Shown: positions 8,368 through 18,493 of the stretch, in pieces
Layout: every line of letters starts with the position of its first letter
Position numbering within the stretch: position 1 is the first letter of the stretch
Assembly (NCBI GenBank): GCA_005222965.1
Contig: NJBG01000001.1
Coordinates: 499,061 to 549,532 of the forward strand
Reading direction: 5' to 3'
Origin: Candidatus Woesearchaeota archaeon B3_Woes
Lineage (GTDB): Archaea; Nanobdellota; Nanobdellia; Woesearchaeales; B3-WOES
Length of the DNA stretch: 50,472 nt
The notes under the pieces: generated by a model
What the model was told of the DNA's origin: nothing
The model's input: the letters and a program-made list of their open reading frames with translations, nothing else
Database searches by the model: none
Made by a program: the position numbers and the translations under genes

Positions 8368-10152
8368 TTAAACAACAAACTTCCCTTTCTTTATTATCCA
8401 ATGGTTTTTGTGTTTACTATCTACTCCATAGACATCCATCTTTTGTCGTGGAGAATTGATTACCATATCCCAATGATACAACGTTTTTCTGTCCGGCTCA
8501 AACCCCATCCCCATTGCAACGTGCATCATCCTTGCTATTTTTTCATTAACAATCAAATAATCACATAATTTTGCTTTAGGATTTAGATTTACAGCAAATT
8601 CCCCAATATAATTAAAACACCTTCTGTACATTTTAGTCATAGAAACAGGCAAGGCCTTTTTATCCTCTATGTTCCTTATCTTTTCCATAGCATCGTCCTT
8701 TGTTGTTTTCATTTTATCTAATATTTTCTTTGGACCACTAACTACTGTATATTTGTTATCTTTTACTTTTATCACCAAAGGCTGTTTTGGATTTAATCTA
8801 TAGCTTTGGTCAATACTAATTACAACATCTCCAACAATTAATCCTTCTAATTTTTCAGGTGTTACAAAAGCCTCACCAGAAGGAAAATTAGCATACAATC
8901 CAGATTTTATTCCGGTTGCTTTATAATACTCTTGATCAATTTTAGTTGTAACATCAGAATCAGAAGCAATAAAATACCTTCTAATTTTTTTATCATCACT
9001 AACAAGACAAACAGTAAAATCTGTTTTCAAACCATTTTTTTCTTCACCAATCACCCTTATCCTATCACACTTATCTAAAATTGATTTTATTTTTTTGCTC
9101 CTCTTTCTAATTTTTTCATAATCAACATCACAAGTTTCAATAAAAATGTCTATAGGCAAGGTTTCAGTCATTGCATACCTCATTATTGGGTCCCTTGTTT
9201 CATATTTTGTTTGAGCTTCATACCTATCTTTTAACATCATCTGACCAGGACTCGTCCATCTTGATTTTTTGTTCAGAGTAGGATACCCAATACTTTCTCC
9301 AAAAAACATTTTTCCAGTATATCCTTTCCCATGTATACCAAAACCAGCATCGTTTAACTCAATTTTTTCCGCACCGAGTATAGGGGACAAAATCTTAAAT
9401 TTCTTAAAGACTTCTTCATCAACTTCTTTATCTAACTCGCATCCAATCAAAGTAGACATTAAATCAATAGTCCTTACACTATTCGCCAAAACAGAAAACT
9501 TATTTGTTGATGAACCCAACCCAACATTAGCTTTTAATCTCCTAGCTTCTAACGCCATAGCCATAGCCATACTATAAGAATCCAAATAATCTTTTAAAGG
9601 GAGCTCTAAATCTTCTTTTTTTGGGATTGTCTCAAAACTTATTCCTAATCTTTCATTCTTTTTAATATCATAACCTTTTTTTAATAGGGTATTAACAGTA
9701 CCTACTAATTCATTCCATCTATATTTTTTATACCATGAAAATTTATATTCCAAATCAAGTGTTCCTGTGAATCCTTTTTCTGTAGAATACAATAATAATT
9801 CTGGTTTTTTGAAAATATTCTTAAAAACTTTTGTTTTTGTTCTTTTGTTCACTTCATTAATAAAACTTTTTAGTGCTTTGGTTTTCTCAGTCTCTAACCC
9901 CTTTCTCATATCATGATAAATATTCCATACTTTCTTTAAAACCAAAAAATTTTCAGATTCTTTATGTTTAACAAGAACATGTAGTTCTCCATCTAAGTTA
10001 TGAACAGCTCTACTTAAGGGAGCAATTGAAAAAAAGGCCTTTTTATTAGTCAGATCACACACCAAAAACAACAATTTATTATTAACTTTACCTCTCAAAG
10101 AATTCTCATAATATTTAACATCGCTCTCAAATTTTTTACTACTATACTTCAT
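8368..10152 (-). CDS. M29 (AmpS/AmpT)-like metallo-aminopeptidase with extended N-terminus
   Basis: NFPSGEAF, IGEFAVNLNP, NEKIARMMHVAMG and HWD supply the Glu/Glu/Glu/His/His/Asp ligands expected in M29. Confidence 0.75.
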   Translation of the reverse strand: MKYSSKKFESDVKYYENSLRGKVNNKLLFLVCDLTNKKAFFSIAPLSRAVHNLDGELHVLVKHKESENFLVLKKVWNIYHDMRKGLETEKTKALKSFINEVNKRTKTKVFKNIFKKPELLLYSTEKGFTGTLDLEYKFSWYKKYRWNELVGTVNTLLKKGYDIKKNERLGISFETIPKKEDLELPLKDYLDSYSMAMAMALEARRLKANVGLGSSTNKFSVLANSVRTIDLMSTLIGCELDKEVDEEVFKKFKILSPILGAEKIELNDAGFGIHGKGYTGKMFFGESIGYPTLNKKSRWTSPGQMMLKDRYEAQTKYETRDPIMRYAMTETLPIDIFIETCDVDYEKIRKRSKKIKSILDKCDRIRVIGEEKNGLKTDFTVCLVSDDKKIRRYFIASDSDVTTKIDQEYYKATGIKSGLYANFPSGEAFVTPEKLEGLIVGDVVISIDQSYRLNPKQPLVIKVKDNKYTVVSGPKKILDKMKTTKDDAMEKIRNIEDKKALPVSMTKMYRRCFNYIGEFAVNLNPKAKLCDYLIVNEKIARMMHVAMGMGFEPDRKTLYHWDMVINSPRQKMDVYGVDSKHKNHWIIKKGKFVV

Positions 10153-10823
10153 ATTACCACCATCTCCTTTTTTGTTTTTGTCAAAACATAAGCTTTATCT
10201 TTTACCAAAACACTATCTTCAATTCTTATACCTAATTTATTTTTAAAATATAAACCCGGTTCTATTGTGATAATTTGGCCCTCTCTTAATATAGACCTGC
10301 TTCTTGGACTCAAAATAGGGGCCTGGTGAACCTTTTTTCCAACCCCATGACCTGTTCCATGAACAAAATTTCTAAAATACACCCATAAAACAGCTCTTGT
10401 AATCGCATCAATATCAGCAGAATATACTCCTGGCCGAATATGATTTAAAGCTGTTAACTGAGATTCAAGAACCATATTATATAAATCTTTATCTTTTTTT
10501 GATGGTTTTCCAAGATAAAATGTTCTTGAACAATCTGAACAATAATCTTTATACTTCACCCCAAAATCAACAACAAGAAAACCCTTTTTTAGTTTTGTAT
10601 TATTTGATTTATGATGAATTTCAGAAGCATTTTCCTGCATAGCCACAATTGGTTTAAATGCTAATCTACAATTATTAAGGTGTGTTTCTTTTTTTAAAAA
10701 ATTATAAACATCCAATTCTGTAAAAAATACTTTTTGTTTAAGTTTTTTAACCAATTTCCTAAAAATTTTATCAGTAATCTCACAAGCTTTCGTTATATTC
10801 CTAATTTTGACAAGATCTAACAT
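10149..10823 (-). CDS. M24 Xaa-Pro peptidase, catalytic domain only
   Basis: VDFG, SDCSRT, HGTGHGVG, TIEPG, RIED; no creatinase N-domain; ATGA overlap with the downstream gene. Confidence 0.9.
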   Translation of the reverse strand: MLDLVKIRNITKACEITDKIFRKLVKKLKQKVFFTELDVYNFLKKETHLNNCRLAFKPIVAMQENASEIHHKSNNTKLKKGFLVVDFGVKYKDYCSDCSRTFYLGKPSKKDKDLYNMVLESQLTALNHIRPGVYSADIDAITRAVLWVYFRNFVHGTGHGVGKKVHQAPILSPRSRSILREGQIITIEPGLYFKNKLGIRIEDSVLVKDKAYVLTKTKKEMVVI

Positions 10824-10869
10824 GGTTTCAGTAACAAATATATACTATTAAAACTTTTCTTTTAAGCAG

Positions 10870-12069
10870 ATGAACAAATTTAAATTAAAAAACAAACTAA
10901 AAATAATAGAACTAAAAAGAAAATCAGATATTGTAACAATTCAAATAACAATTTGTGTTGGTTCTAATAACGAAACAAGAAAAATAGAGGGAATTTCTCA
11001 TTTTGTTGAACATATGGTTTTTGAAGGTACAAAAAAAAGAACATCAGAAGAAATAGCAAATTCTATTGAAAGTTTAGGAGGAGAGATTTCTGCATATACA
11101 TCAAACGAAACAACATGTTTTTTTATTAAAATAATTAAAAAACATTTTGAAAAGGCCTTAGACACATTATCTGATATTATCATAAATCCAACATTTGATT
11201 CAAACCTAATGAAAAAAGAAAGAAAAATTGTACTAAGCGAAATCAAACTTGTAACAGACCAACCAAGAAACTATCAATGGATTTTATTCTTAAAAACATT
11301 ATTTGAAAAATTTCCAGCAAAAAACCCAATTTACGGAACTGTCAAATCTATCAAATCTTTAACCAATAAAGATTTGAAAAAATATCATAAAAAGTATTAT
11401 ACAGCCCCAAACACAATAGTTACAGTTGTAGGGGATATTCCAAATCTCAAAACAAAAATTAAAAAATATTTTTCAAAAATGAATAATTCCCCTGTAAAAA
11501 CTTCTTTTAAAGAAGAAAAACAAAACAAAAAAATTAAAAAAATTGAGAAAAGAAAAACAAACCAAAGTTACGCCATACTAGGGTATAAAACTCCAAAAAG
11601 AAAAGAATATGATTCATATGTATTAGATGTTATAAAGGCAATCTTGGGAAGAGGATTATCAGGAAAACTATTCAGGGAAATAAGAGTTAAACATGGTTTA
11701 GCATATGAAGTAGGAATAAATCATGATCCAAACATAAACTATGGAATCTTTACAGCCTATTTCTCTACAAACAAAAACAACATTCCTAAATGTATAAAAA
11801 TAACACTTAACGAATTCCAAAAACTCAAAAAAACAACATCTAAAGAACTTTTAGAAGCAAAACAATTTCTTGAAGGCGAAATAATCTTAGAGAACGAAGA
11901 CAGCCAAACATTAGCAAGCTCAGTTGGAAACTGGGAATTGGCTTCCAAAGCAGAAGATTGCTTAAACTATACTAAAAAAACAAAAAAAGTAACTAAAAAA
12001 GACATAATAAGAGTAATAAATCAATACTTAAATGATAAATATACTCTGGCCATTATTGAACAATCTTAA
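10870..12069 (+). CDS. M16 (pitrilysin/insulinase) family zinc peptidase
   Basis: HXXEH (HFVEH), AYTS, ERKIVLSE, LFREIRVKHGLAY. Confidence 0.93.
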   Translation: MNKFKLKNKLKIIELKRKSDIVTIQITICVGSNNETRKIEGISHFVEHMVFEGTKKRTSEEIANSIESLGGEISAYTSNETTCFFIKIIKKHFEKALDTLSDIIINPTFDSNLMKKERKIVLSEIKLVTDQPRNYQWILFLKTLFEKFPAKNPIYGTVKSIKSLTNKDLKKYHKKYYTAPNTIVTVVGDIPNLKTKIKKYFSKMNNSPVKTSFKEEKQNKKIKKIEKRKTNQSYAILGYKTPKRKEYDSYVLDVIKAILGRGLSGKLFREIRVKHGLAYEVGINHDPNINYGIFTAYFSTNKNNIPKCIKITLNEFQKLKKTTSKELLEAKQFLEGEIILENEDSQTLASSVGNWELASKAEDCLNYTKKTKKVTKKDIIRVINQYLNDKYTLAIIEQS

Positions 12070-13091
12070 GGATAAGCTTTTTTGACTAATTCTTTCTCTT
12101 TTACCAAAGTTTTTCTTATTGGATCTATTAATTTTATAATTTCATCACTAATTCCTTGTTTTAAATCAACACTCGCTAACTCTTTTTTTACAAAAGCTGC
12201 TTCTAGCTCTTTATAATTCTTAAAAACAATCTCCCCTCCCCATTTTTCTGGCCTATCAATCACAAAATCCCTCTTTTCGTGCTCTAATGTCTTAAAAATA
12301 ATAAATCTTGCTATTGCCAACAACCCATTGCCTTCAACCTTTCCATCAACACAAAATGCCTTATTTACCTTCTTCTGAATTTCTTTATCTGTTTCATCAA
12401 AATCTATTTTCGAGTTTGGTTCAGAACTTGACATTTTGCCAGATTGAGTTAAACCAGGGATCAAATAATTCATCAGATGAATTCTTTTCTCATATCCTAT
12501 CTTTGGTAAAAATTCTCGTGCAAACATAAATAATTTTCTTTGATCAACCCCTCCAAACTGAGCATCTACAACCAAATACTGCTCATCTAAGGCCTGTAAA
12601 ATAGGGTACAACAGCCCAGACATTTTAGGAGTTTCTAACTGCTTTACAACATCAGCTCCTGCTCTTTTAGTATCCCTTGTCGAAGATAGAGCAGATAACC
12701 TATACATATCTAAAGAATATTCTTTTTTTAATTGAAAATCAGTTCCTGTAACAAATTTTAATTTATCTAACGAAACCCCGACAGATTTCAAAATTTCCTT
12801 TATTAACAATTGATAATATTTTGTTCTGTACTCTAATAAATCCCAGTCTGTTTTCATGTTATCAAGATAAGCATGCATATTCGCAAACAGAATAGTTACC
12901 TCACAACCAGCTTTTAGAAAATCAGCTATCTTTAACATCGGAACAAAATAACCCAAATTAGGTTTACCAGTTGGAGCAGTACCCCAATATACTTTTAAAT
13001 CTCTTTTTTTAAGAATATCTTTTAATTCATTCTCCCCAACAACCTCTTGCAATTCCCTTGCGATTAACTTAAACTTTTCCTCTCCATTCAT
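12066..13091 (-). CDS. tyrS: Tyrosine--tRNA ligase (eukaryote-like type)
   Basis: YWGTAPTGKP, HAYLDNMK, YPILQALDEQYL, QFGGVDQRK, KMSSS. Confidence 0.95.
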   Translation of the reverse strand: MNGEEKFKLIARELQEVVGENELKDILKKRDLKVYWGTAPTGKPNLGYFVPMLKIADFLKAGCEVTILFANMHAYLDNMKTDWDLLEYRTKYYQLLIKEILKSVGVSLDKLKFVTGTDFQLKKEYSLDMYRLSALSSTRDTKRAGADVVKQLETPKMSGLLYPILQALDEQYLVVDAQFGGVDQRKLFMFAREFLPKIGYEKRIHLMNYLIPGLTQSGKMSSSEPNSKIDFDETDKEIQKKVNKAFCVDGKVEGNGLLAIARFIIFKTLEHEKRDFVIDRPEKWGGEIVFKNYKELEAAFVKKELASVDLKQGISDEIIKLIDPIRKTLVKEKELVKKAYP

Positions 13092-13171
13092 ATAACAAGT
13101 ATTAATCTTTGTGTTTAAAAATTTTGGGTTTTTTAAATAAATATTTAAACAAACAAAGATATTATTATTTC

Positions 13172-14134
13172 ATGTATAAGATAGGAAACCTAAAACTAAA
13201 AAACCAATTAATTTTAGCACCAATGGCCGGTGTTAATTGTGCTGCTTTTAGATTATTATGCAAGGAATATGGGGCAGGACTCGTATCTACTCAAATGTTT
13301 CATTGCGATTTAATCTCAACATTATACAAAGAAGACAAAAACAAACTAGAAACATTATTAGGGGTTTCAAAACAAGAACACCCCCTTTCAATCCAAATAG
13401 TGGGTTCTAATCCAGAAAACATCAAAAAATCAACCATAATATTAAACAAATACGCAGACATTATTGATTTTAACCTAGGATGTCCGGATAAAAACATTTT
13501 AGCAAACAAAGCAGGAGCCTTTTTCTCAAAACATCCAGAACAAATATCAAAAGTTATAAAACCCATAATTGAAAATTCAAAAAAACCAGTTACAGTAAAA
13601 ATAAGGCTGGGGTGGAATAAAGACAACATAACTATAGAAAAACAATGCAAAATCCTAGAAGATTTTGGGGTTGATGCTATAACGATTCACGCAAGAACAA
13701 CAAAACAAAAATATCAAGGCACAGCAGATTGGAGTTATATAAAAAAAATAAAAGAAAAATTTAACACAAAAATTATTGGAAACGGAGACATATTTAAACC
13801 AGGAACAGCAAAATCAAAACTAGAACAATCTAAAGCAGATTTTTTAATGATAGGTCGAGGAGCTTTAGGAAACCCTTTTATTTTTGAAAGAACAAATTAC
13901 TTATTAAAACACAACAAAAATAAACCAGAAACAACAAAAAAAGAAAAACAAGAGGCTTTCTTGAAATTTGCAAAATTATACAAACAGCACAAGGAACAAT
14001 TTAAACTATCAGAATTTAGGCAGCACGCAATGTGGTTTACAAAAAACATAAAAAACGCAAAACAAACAAGAAACCAAATAATGAACATAGAAGATTTTGA
14101 TGAAATTGTTGAATTAGTCAAAAATAGTTATTAA
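13172..14134 (+). CDS. dus: tRNA-dihydrouridine synthase (DusB-like)
   Basis: LAPMAG, NLGCP catalytic Cys, VKIRLGW, IHART, GNGDI, MIGRGALGNP; start taken at ATG 13172 downstream of a TATA-like box. Confidence 0.93.
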   Translation: MYKIGNLKLKNQLILAPMAGVNCAAFRLLCKEYGAGLVSTQMFHCDLISTLYKEDKNKLETLLGVSKQEHPLSIQIVGSNPENIKKSTIILNKYADIIDFNLGCPDKNILANKAGAFFSKHPEQISKVIKPIIENSKKPVTVKIRLGWNKDNITIEKQCKILEDFGVDAITIHARTTKQKYQGTADWSYIKKIKEKFNTKIIGNGDIFKPGTAKSKLEQSKADFLMIGRGALGNPFIFERTNYLLKHNKNKPETTKKEKQEAFLKFAKLYKQHKEQFKLSEFRQHAMWFTKNIKNAKQTRNQIMNIEDFDEIVELVKNSY

Positions 14135-14229
14135 ACACCATTTATAAGACAGAACAAAAAACAAAAACTTTAAATACTAAATAGCTTATTACATCTATAT
14201 AAATTTTAGAATGAAAAAGGTGCAATAAT

Positions 14230-14493
14230 ATGGCCGAAGACGATAAAAAATTCTCAAAACAATTGATTGGAAAGACAGTAGTTTCTAAAACAGGAAAAAG
14301 ATTTGGAGAAGTAGGAGATATAATCTTTGAAACACGATCAGGAGAATTAATCCATCTTATCCTTAAAAATCCAACACCCTATACAGAAAAACTAGAATTA
14401 GAAAAAGACAAGGATAATAACATTCTAATACCTTTTTCCGCAGTTATAGCCATAGGAGATTTTATGGTAATTTCAGAGGAAGACATAATCTAA
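14230..14493 (+). CDS. PRC-barrel domain protein (CdpB-like, possible cell-division role)
   Basis: LIGKTVVSKTGKRFGEVGDIIFE...IPFSAVIAIGDFMVI PRC-barrel pattern; AGGTG SD. Confidence 0.88.
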   Translation: MAEDDKKFSKQLIGKTVVSKTGKRFGEVGDIIFETRSGELIHLILKNPTPYTEKLELEKDKDNNILIPFSAVIAIGDFMVISEEDII

Positions 14494-14549
14494 CTCTGAA
14501 ATTTTGAAAATTTTAATTTTCATTAATATCTGAAGAAGATATAATTTAA
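14470..14549 (+). repeat. Imperfect 24-nt direct repeat (both copies encode ISEEDII*) plus 10-bp inverted repeat
   Basis: 14470-14493 vs 14526-14549: 5 mismatches, all at synonymous third positions; AATTTCAGAG 14469-14478 / CTCTGAAATT 14494-14503. Confidence 0.8.
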
Positions 14550-14603
14550 AACTTATATTCTATAATGTAAAACCTTTTAAATTAGTGATATTTCTTTACG
14601 ACA

Positions 14604-15566
14604 ATGGAAGAAGATAAAGCAATATGGACTGAAAAATATAGACCAAGCGAGTTCTCAGACATAAAAGGCCAGGAAGAGATAGTAAAACGTGTAAAATCTT
14701 TTATTGAACAAAAAAATATGCCCCACCTTTTATTTGCAGGTCCTGCAGGAGTAGGAAAAACATCATTATCATTGGTTGTTGCAAAAAAATTATTCGGAGA
14801 AGAATGGCACCACAACTTCTTAGAACTCAATGCATCAGACGAACGCGGAATAGACGTTGTAAGGGTAAAGGTAAAAAATTTTGCAAGAACAAGATCAATC
14901 GGAAATGTTCCTTTTAAAATAATCTATTTGGATGAATGCGACGCCCTAACAAAAGAAGCCCAGCAAGCATTAAGAAGAACAATGGAAAATTACACACAAA
15001 CATGCAGATTCATACTAAGCTGCAACTATAGTAGCAAAATAATAGACCCAATCCAATCAAGATGCGCTATTTTTAGATTTAAACCAATTCATAAGAAAGA
15101 TTTGAAAATAATAATAGATAAAATAGCAAAACAAGAAAACCTAAAAATAGATGAAAAAGCAAAAGAAACACTAATAGAAATATCAGAAGGAGATTGTAGA
15201 AGATTAGAAAACATTCTTCAAAGTTCAGCTGCTATGAGCAAAAACATCACAGAGGACTTGTTATATGACTTAATTTCCATAGCAAAACCAAAAGAAGTAA
15301 CAGAAGTACTCAAATTAGCATTAGACAATAAATTTAAGGAATCAAGAGACAAACTATTAGATGTTATGCTTAACCACGGGTTATCAGGTATAGATATTAT
15401 CAAACAAATTCAAAAAGAACTATTAAATTTAGAATTAGACAATAGAAAGAAAATGGAGTTAATTGATAAATGCGGCGAAACAGAATTTAGAATAACAGAA
15501 GGTTCTGACGAATTCCTACAATTAGAAGCATTTCTAGCAAAAGTAAATCTAATAAATTTAAAATAA
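14604..15566 (+). CDS. rfcS: Replication factor C small subunit
   Basis: WTEKYRP, GPAGVGKT, ELNASDERG, DECD, SRC; no intein. Confidence 0.97.
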   Translation: MEEDKAIWTEKYRPSEFSDIKGQEEIVKRVKSFIEQKNMPHLLFAGPAGVGKTSLSLVVAKKLFGEEWHHNFLELNASDERGIDVVRVKVKNFARTRSIGNVPFKIIYLDECDALTKEAQQALRRTMENYTQTCRFILSCNYSSKIIDPIQSRCAIFRFKPIHKKDLKIIIDKIAKQENLKIDEKAKETLIEISEGDCRRLENILQSSAAMSKNITEDLLYDLISIAKPKEVTEVLKLALDNKFKESRDKLLDVMLNHGLSGIDIIKQIQKELLNLELDNRKKMELIDKCGETEFRITEGSDEFLQLEAFLAKVNLINLK

Positions 15567-15582
15567 ATAAAAAAAGAAAAAG

Positions 15583-16518
15583 TTATCCGCTTACAATATG
15601 TTTAACCAAAACTTCCCTTTCTTTATGCTGCTTATAATCATATGTTAACAGCACATTGGCCTTTTTCTCAAAGTTTCCTTCCACTCCTGTTAAATCTTGT
15701 GTACAGATAATCTTTGATTTTCCATTATATAAGGTTGTATATCCTGTAGTTGGGCTTCCTCCTGTTAAACCAGTACAAGTTACACTTCCTATTCCTGTTT
15801 CAACCTCAACCCAAACTTTATTCTTTTTATCCAAACCAGAATCACAACTGCTTCCTAATTCAGATATTAAACCATTACTTCTGTGCACAACATCAAACGA
15901 AAGTCTAACTTTCCTTGTACCAGCAACCTCTTCCACCAAATTTTCAACCTGAACAGGCGCGCTTGAAACAGAACCAGTTTTTGGGCCAGATACATCACAA
16001 ACTTGATCTCCTCCTAAGGGTGTTAAATCTTCCAAAACACAGATATCGACTTGTGCCTTTGTTCCATACTTATAACACACATCTGCTCTTATGATATGTC
16101 TGTCAACTCCTGTTGCAGCACCTTCAAAATTAAATCCAGGAAAATTAACATAAGTAATAGTTCCTTTTCGTGCCTCTCCATCTGAATCAACATAAGCTCC
16201 TCTCAAATCTTCATCAGGATTTTTTTCAGTAGTTGGATTTGCAAAATCACCAGGATAAAAACCAGATAATTTAATTTTAATATCTTCTTTAGCAACATCA
16301 TACTCTCCTGCATTCTCAACATTTAATGTTACTTCAAAAGGTTGTTGTCCACCATCAAAAACCTCTGCTGGTGGAGTCTCTTCCATAAAATCAAACTTAA
16401 TAGAATCTGTTCCTCCTATAAATGCCCTTCCTCCAACCGTTTCTCCATCAGAACCACCTCCTGTACATCCTATTAAAAAAACCATTATTCCAATTAAAGC
16501 AAAAATTATTTTTTTCAT
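15583..16518 (-). CDS. Uncharacterised lipoprotein, paralog 3
   Basis: Lipobox FLIGC; shared motifs F-x4-PP-x-x-V-F, NAGEY, CYKYGT...IC, APVQV, LTYDY; GGAGG SD and own TATA-like box. Confidence 0.8.
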   Translation of the reverse strand: MKKIIFALIGIMVFLIGCTGGGSDGETVGGRAFIGGTDSIKFDFMEETPPAEVFDGGQQPFEVTLNVENAGEYDVAKEDIKIKLSGFYPGDFANPTTEKNPDEDLRGAYVDSDGEARKGTITYVNFPGFNFEGAATGVDRHIIRADVCYKYGTKAQVDICVLEDLTPLGGDQVCDVSGPKTGSVSSAPVQVENLVEEVAGTRKVRLSFDVVHRSNGLISELGSSCDSGLDKKNKVWVEVETGIGSVTCTGLTGGSPTTGYTTLYNGKSKIICTQDLTGVEGNFEKKANVLLTYDYKQHKEREVLVKHIVSG

Positions 16519-16580
16519 TGCACTAACCTCCTTATTTACCTATAATATCACTTATATATTTAACTTTTTCTATTAAATAC

Positions 16581-17507
16581 CTATTTAATATTAATTATTT
16601 TTATCTGTTTTTCTATTGAATTTGAATAAACATAATCCAGCTCAATATTTAAGTTTGTTGTATATGCAGAATCTGTTGCTGGTTTACTAAACTTACAAAA
16701 CATATATCCATTACCATTTGTTAATCTTATTGGATCAGAAGCAGTACCTTTTGGGCTGCACTCTGGGCTTGCATCATGAGGTAATTTTACTTTTGCAGTT
16801 ACTTTATCTAATTCACCAATTTCAACATCAAATGGGCAGTCATTATACGCTCTTGGCAGCATTACACTACCTCCCCCATTATTAGAAACATAAATTCTAA
16901 AATATATTTGATCAGAACCAACCTCTTCTTCAACATTTGTAACTGAAATAGGGGCACCTTGTCCCCCGCCTATTTGCACATTGTTAACATTACAAACCTT
17001 TCTTTCTTCAACTAAAGCATGCGGATCAGGGTCAATACAAACAACAGGATCAGCCACTGTTGTATATTTATAACACGAATGAACTATTATTCTTGGTTCA
17101 TAATAATCAGCATCAAAAGGAACATGGACGCCATTTCTATCTCTATAACTCATAACAGCATAACCGCCTTCAATATTATACTGGCTTCTCCCCTCTAAAT
17201 TGGTAGGGATTCGGTTTCCTCCTTCCCATGTACCAGTTATAGAAGAAGGATCAAAACCACTTATCTCTAATTTTCCCTGAAATGTTTTATCCTGTGGAAA
17301 AGCCCCTCTATTCCAGACTTCAACACTTATATCTAAATTATCTCCTTCATAAATCCTATAAGGTGGCGCATTGTTTATAAAATTCATCTCCAAACCCCTA
17401 GATCCTTTATGATAATCATCTTCAACCATCTGTTCGCTAGGACCTCTGCCACATCCAACTAAAACTAATAAAAGAATAATCAATACAGATAAAACAATTT
17501 TCTTCAT
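16581..17507 (-). CDS. Uncharacterised lipoprotein, paralog 2
   Basis: Lipobox VLVGC; GLEMNFINNAPP, NRGAF, CYKYTT...VCID, APISV, NNGGG, LDYVY; start taken at ATG 17507. Confidence 0.8.
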   Translation of the reverse strand: MKKIVLSVLIILLLVLVGCGRGPSEQMVEDDYHKGSRGLEMNFINNAPPYRIYEGDNLDISVEVWNRGAFPQDKTFQGKLEISGFDPSSITGTWEGGNRIPTNLEGRSQYNIEGGYAVMSYRDRNGVHVPFDADYYEPRIIVHSCYKYTTVADPVVCIDPDPHALVEERKVCNVNNVQIGGGQGAPISVTNVEEEVGSDQIYFRIYVSNNGGGSVMLPRAYNDCPFDVEIGELDKVTAKVKLPHDASPECSPKGTASDPIRLTNGNGYMFCKFSKPATDSAYTTNLNIELDYVYSNSIEKQIKIINIK

Positions 17508-17581
17508 TACACTTGCCTCTTTTATCACTTGATAATTAAAATAATTAATATTGCCTTATATAAAGTTTTCTAAAAATAATT

Positions 17582-18493
17582 TTATATTATTTTCCTTATC
17601 TCCACCCTTTTAGATATTGTATCAGTATAACCATAATCTAAATTAACAGTTAATATAGTAGAATAAGATGGAACATCTTTACTAATCCCTTCTTCTAAAA
17701 CGCATCTCACCACCTTTTCGCGCTCTTGTAATTTTATAGGAGAAGGCCTGCAAACCAAAGGCGTTTCAGACAAAAAAGCCTCAACTTCAATATAATTTAA
17801 GTCTTCAGGATTAATTTGTTCATCAGAACAGATTTTTTTAATACTATTTGGATTAGTCACTTCTCCCTGCCCTTTATTTTCTATATATATAACAAACATT
17901 GGTTTTATAATCCCATCATCTTCCATCATGTTTGGTTCTATTCTTACTATTGGAACATAAGATCCTTGTCCAGAACCAAAAACCATATCTTGTGCACTAC
18001 AGGCCTTTTTAGCTTTTTTAAGATTGTAAAAATCAGTATCTACACAAACAGTTTTACTAAAAAAAGTTTTATATCTATAACAAGATGTAGCAATAATATT
18101 AGAAGTAATTGTTTCTGTTTCTTTTCCAAGTTCTTTTGCTTTTACAAAAAAACTCACAATCTCCATATCCCCTTTAGGGTTACCAAGTGATTTGCCTTTT
18201 AATTTTAAATTTTTAATAATATCTCCTTTTTCTAATTCCATATTGTCTTCTTCTAAATTCAAAAGCAAATATCCCTCTATTATATCAAATGCGCCTTTAT
18301 TGCTTAATTCAATCCCAACAGGAAAAATATCATTTTCATAAACTTTTACAGGAGGCATATTTTGTCCAAAATTCGCCACTAAACCAATATTACCTTTATA
18401 CAAATCTTCATTAGTTATAGTTGCAGAAGGGCCTTCACTCTGACTACATCCAACAACAAACAATAAAACCATTATTAATAAAATCTTTTTCAT
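17582..18493 (-). CDS. Uncharacterised lipoprotein, paralog 1
   Basis: Lipobox FVVGC; GLVANFGQNMPP, NKGAF, CYRYKT...VCVD, NKGQG, LDYGY; ATGA overlap with the upstream membrane protein. Confidence 0.8.
   Translation of the reverse strand: MKKILLIMVLLFVVGCSQSEGPSATITNEDLYKGNIGLVANFGQNMPPVKVYENDIFPVGIELSNKGAFDIIEGYLLLNLEEDNMELEKGDIIKNLKLKGKSLGNPKGDMEIVSFFVKAKELGKETETITSNIIATSCYRYKTFFSKTVCVDTDFYNLKKAKKACSAQDMVFGSGQGSYVPIVRIEPNMMEDDGIIKPMFVIYIENKGQGEVTNPNSIKKICSDEQINPEDLNYIEVEAFLSETPLVCRPSPIKLQEREKVVRCVLEEGISKDVPSYSTILTVNLDYGYTDTISKRVEIRKII

Noticed and set aside
14604..15566. Intein in the RFC small subunit (a common archaeal site)
   Set aside because: The protein is 320 aa with contiguous Walker A, Walker B and SRC motifs.
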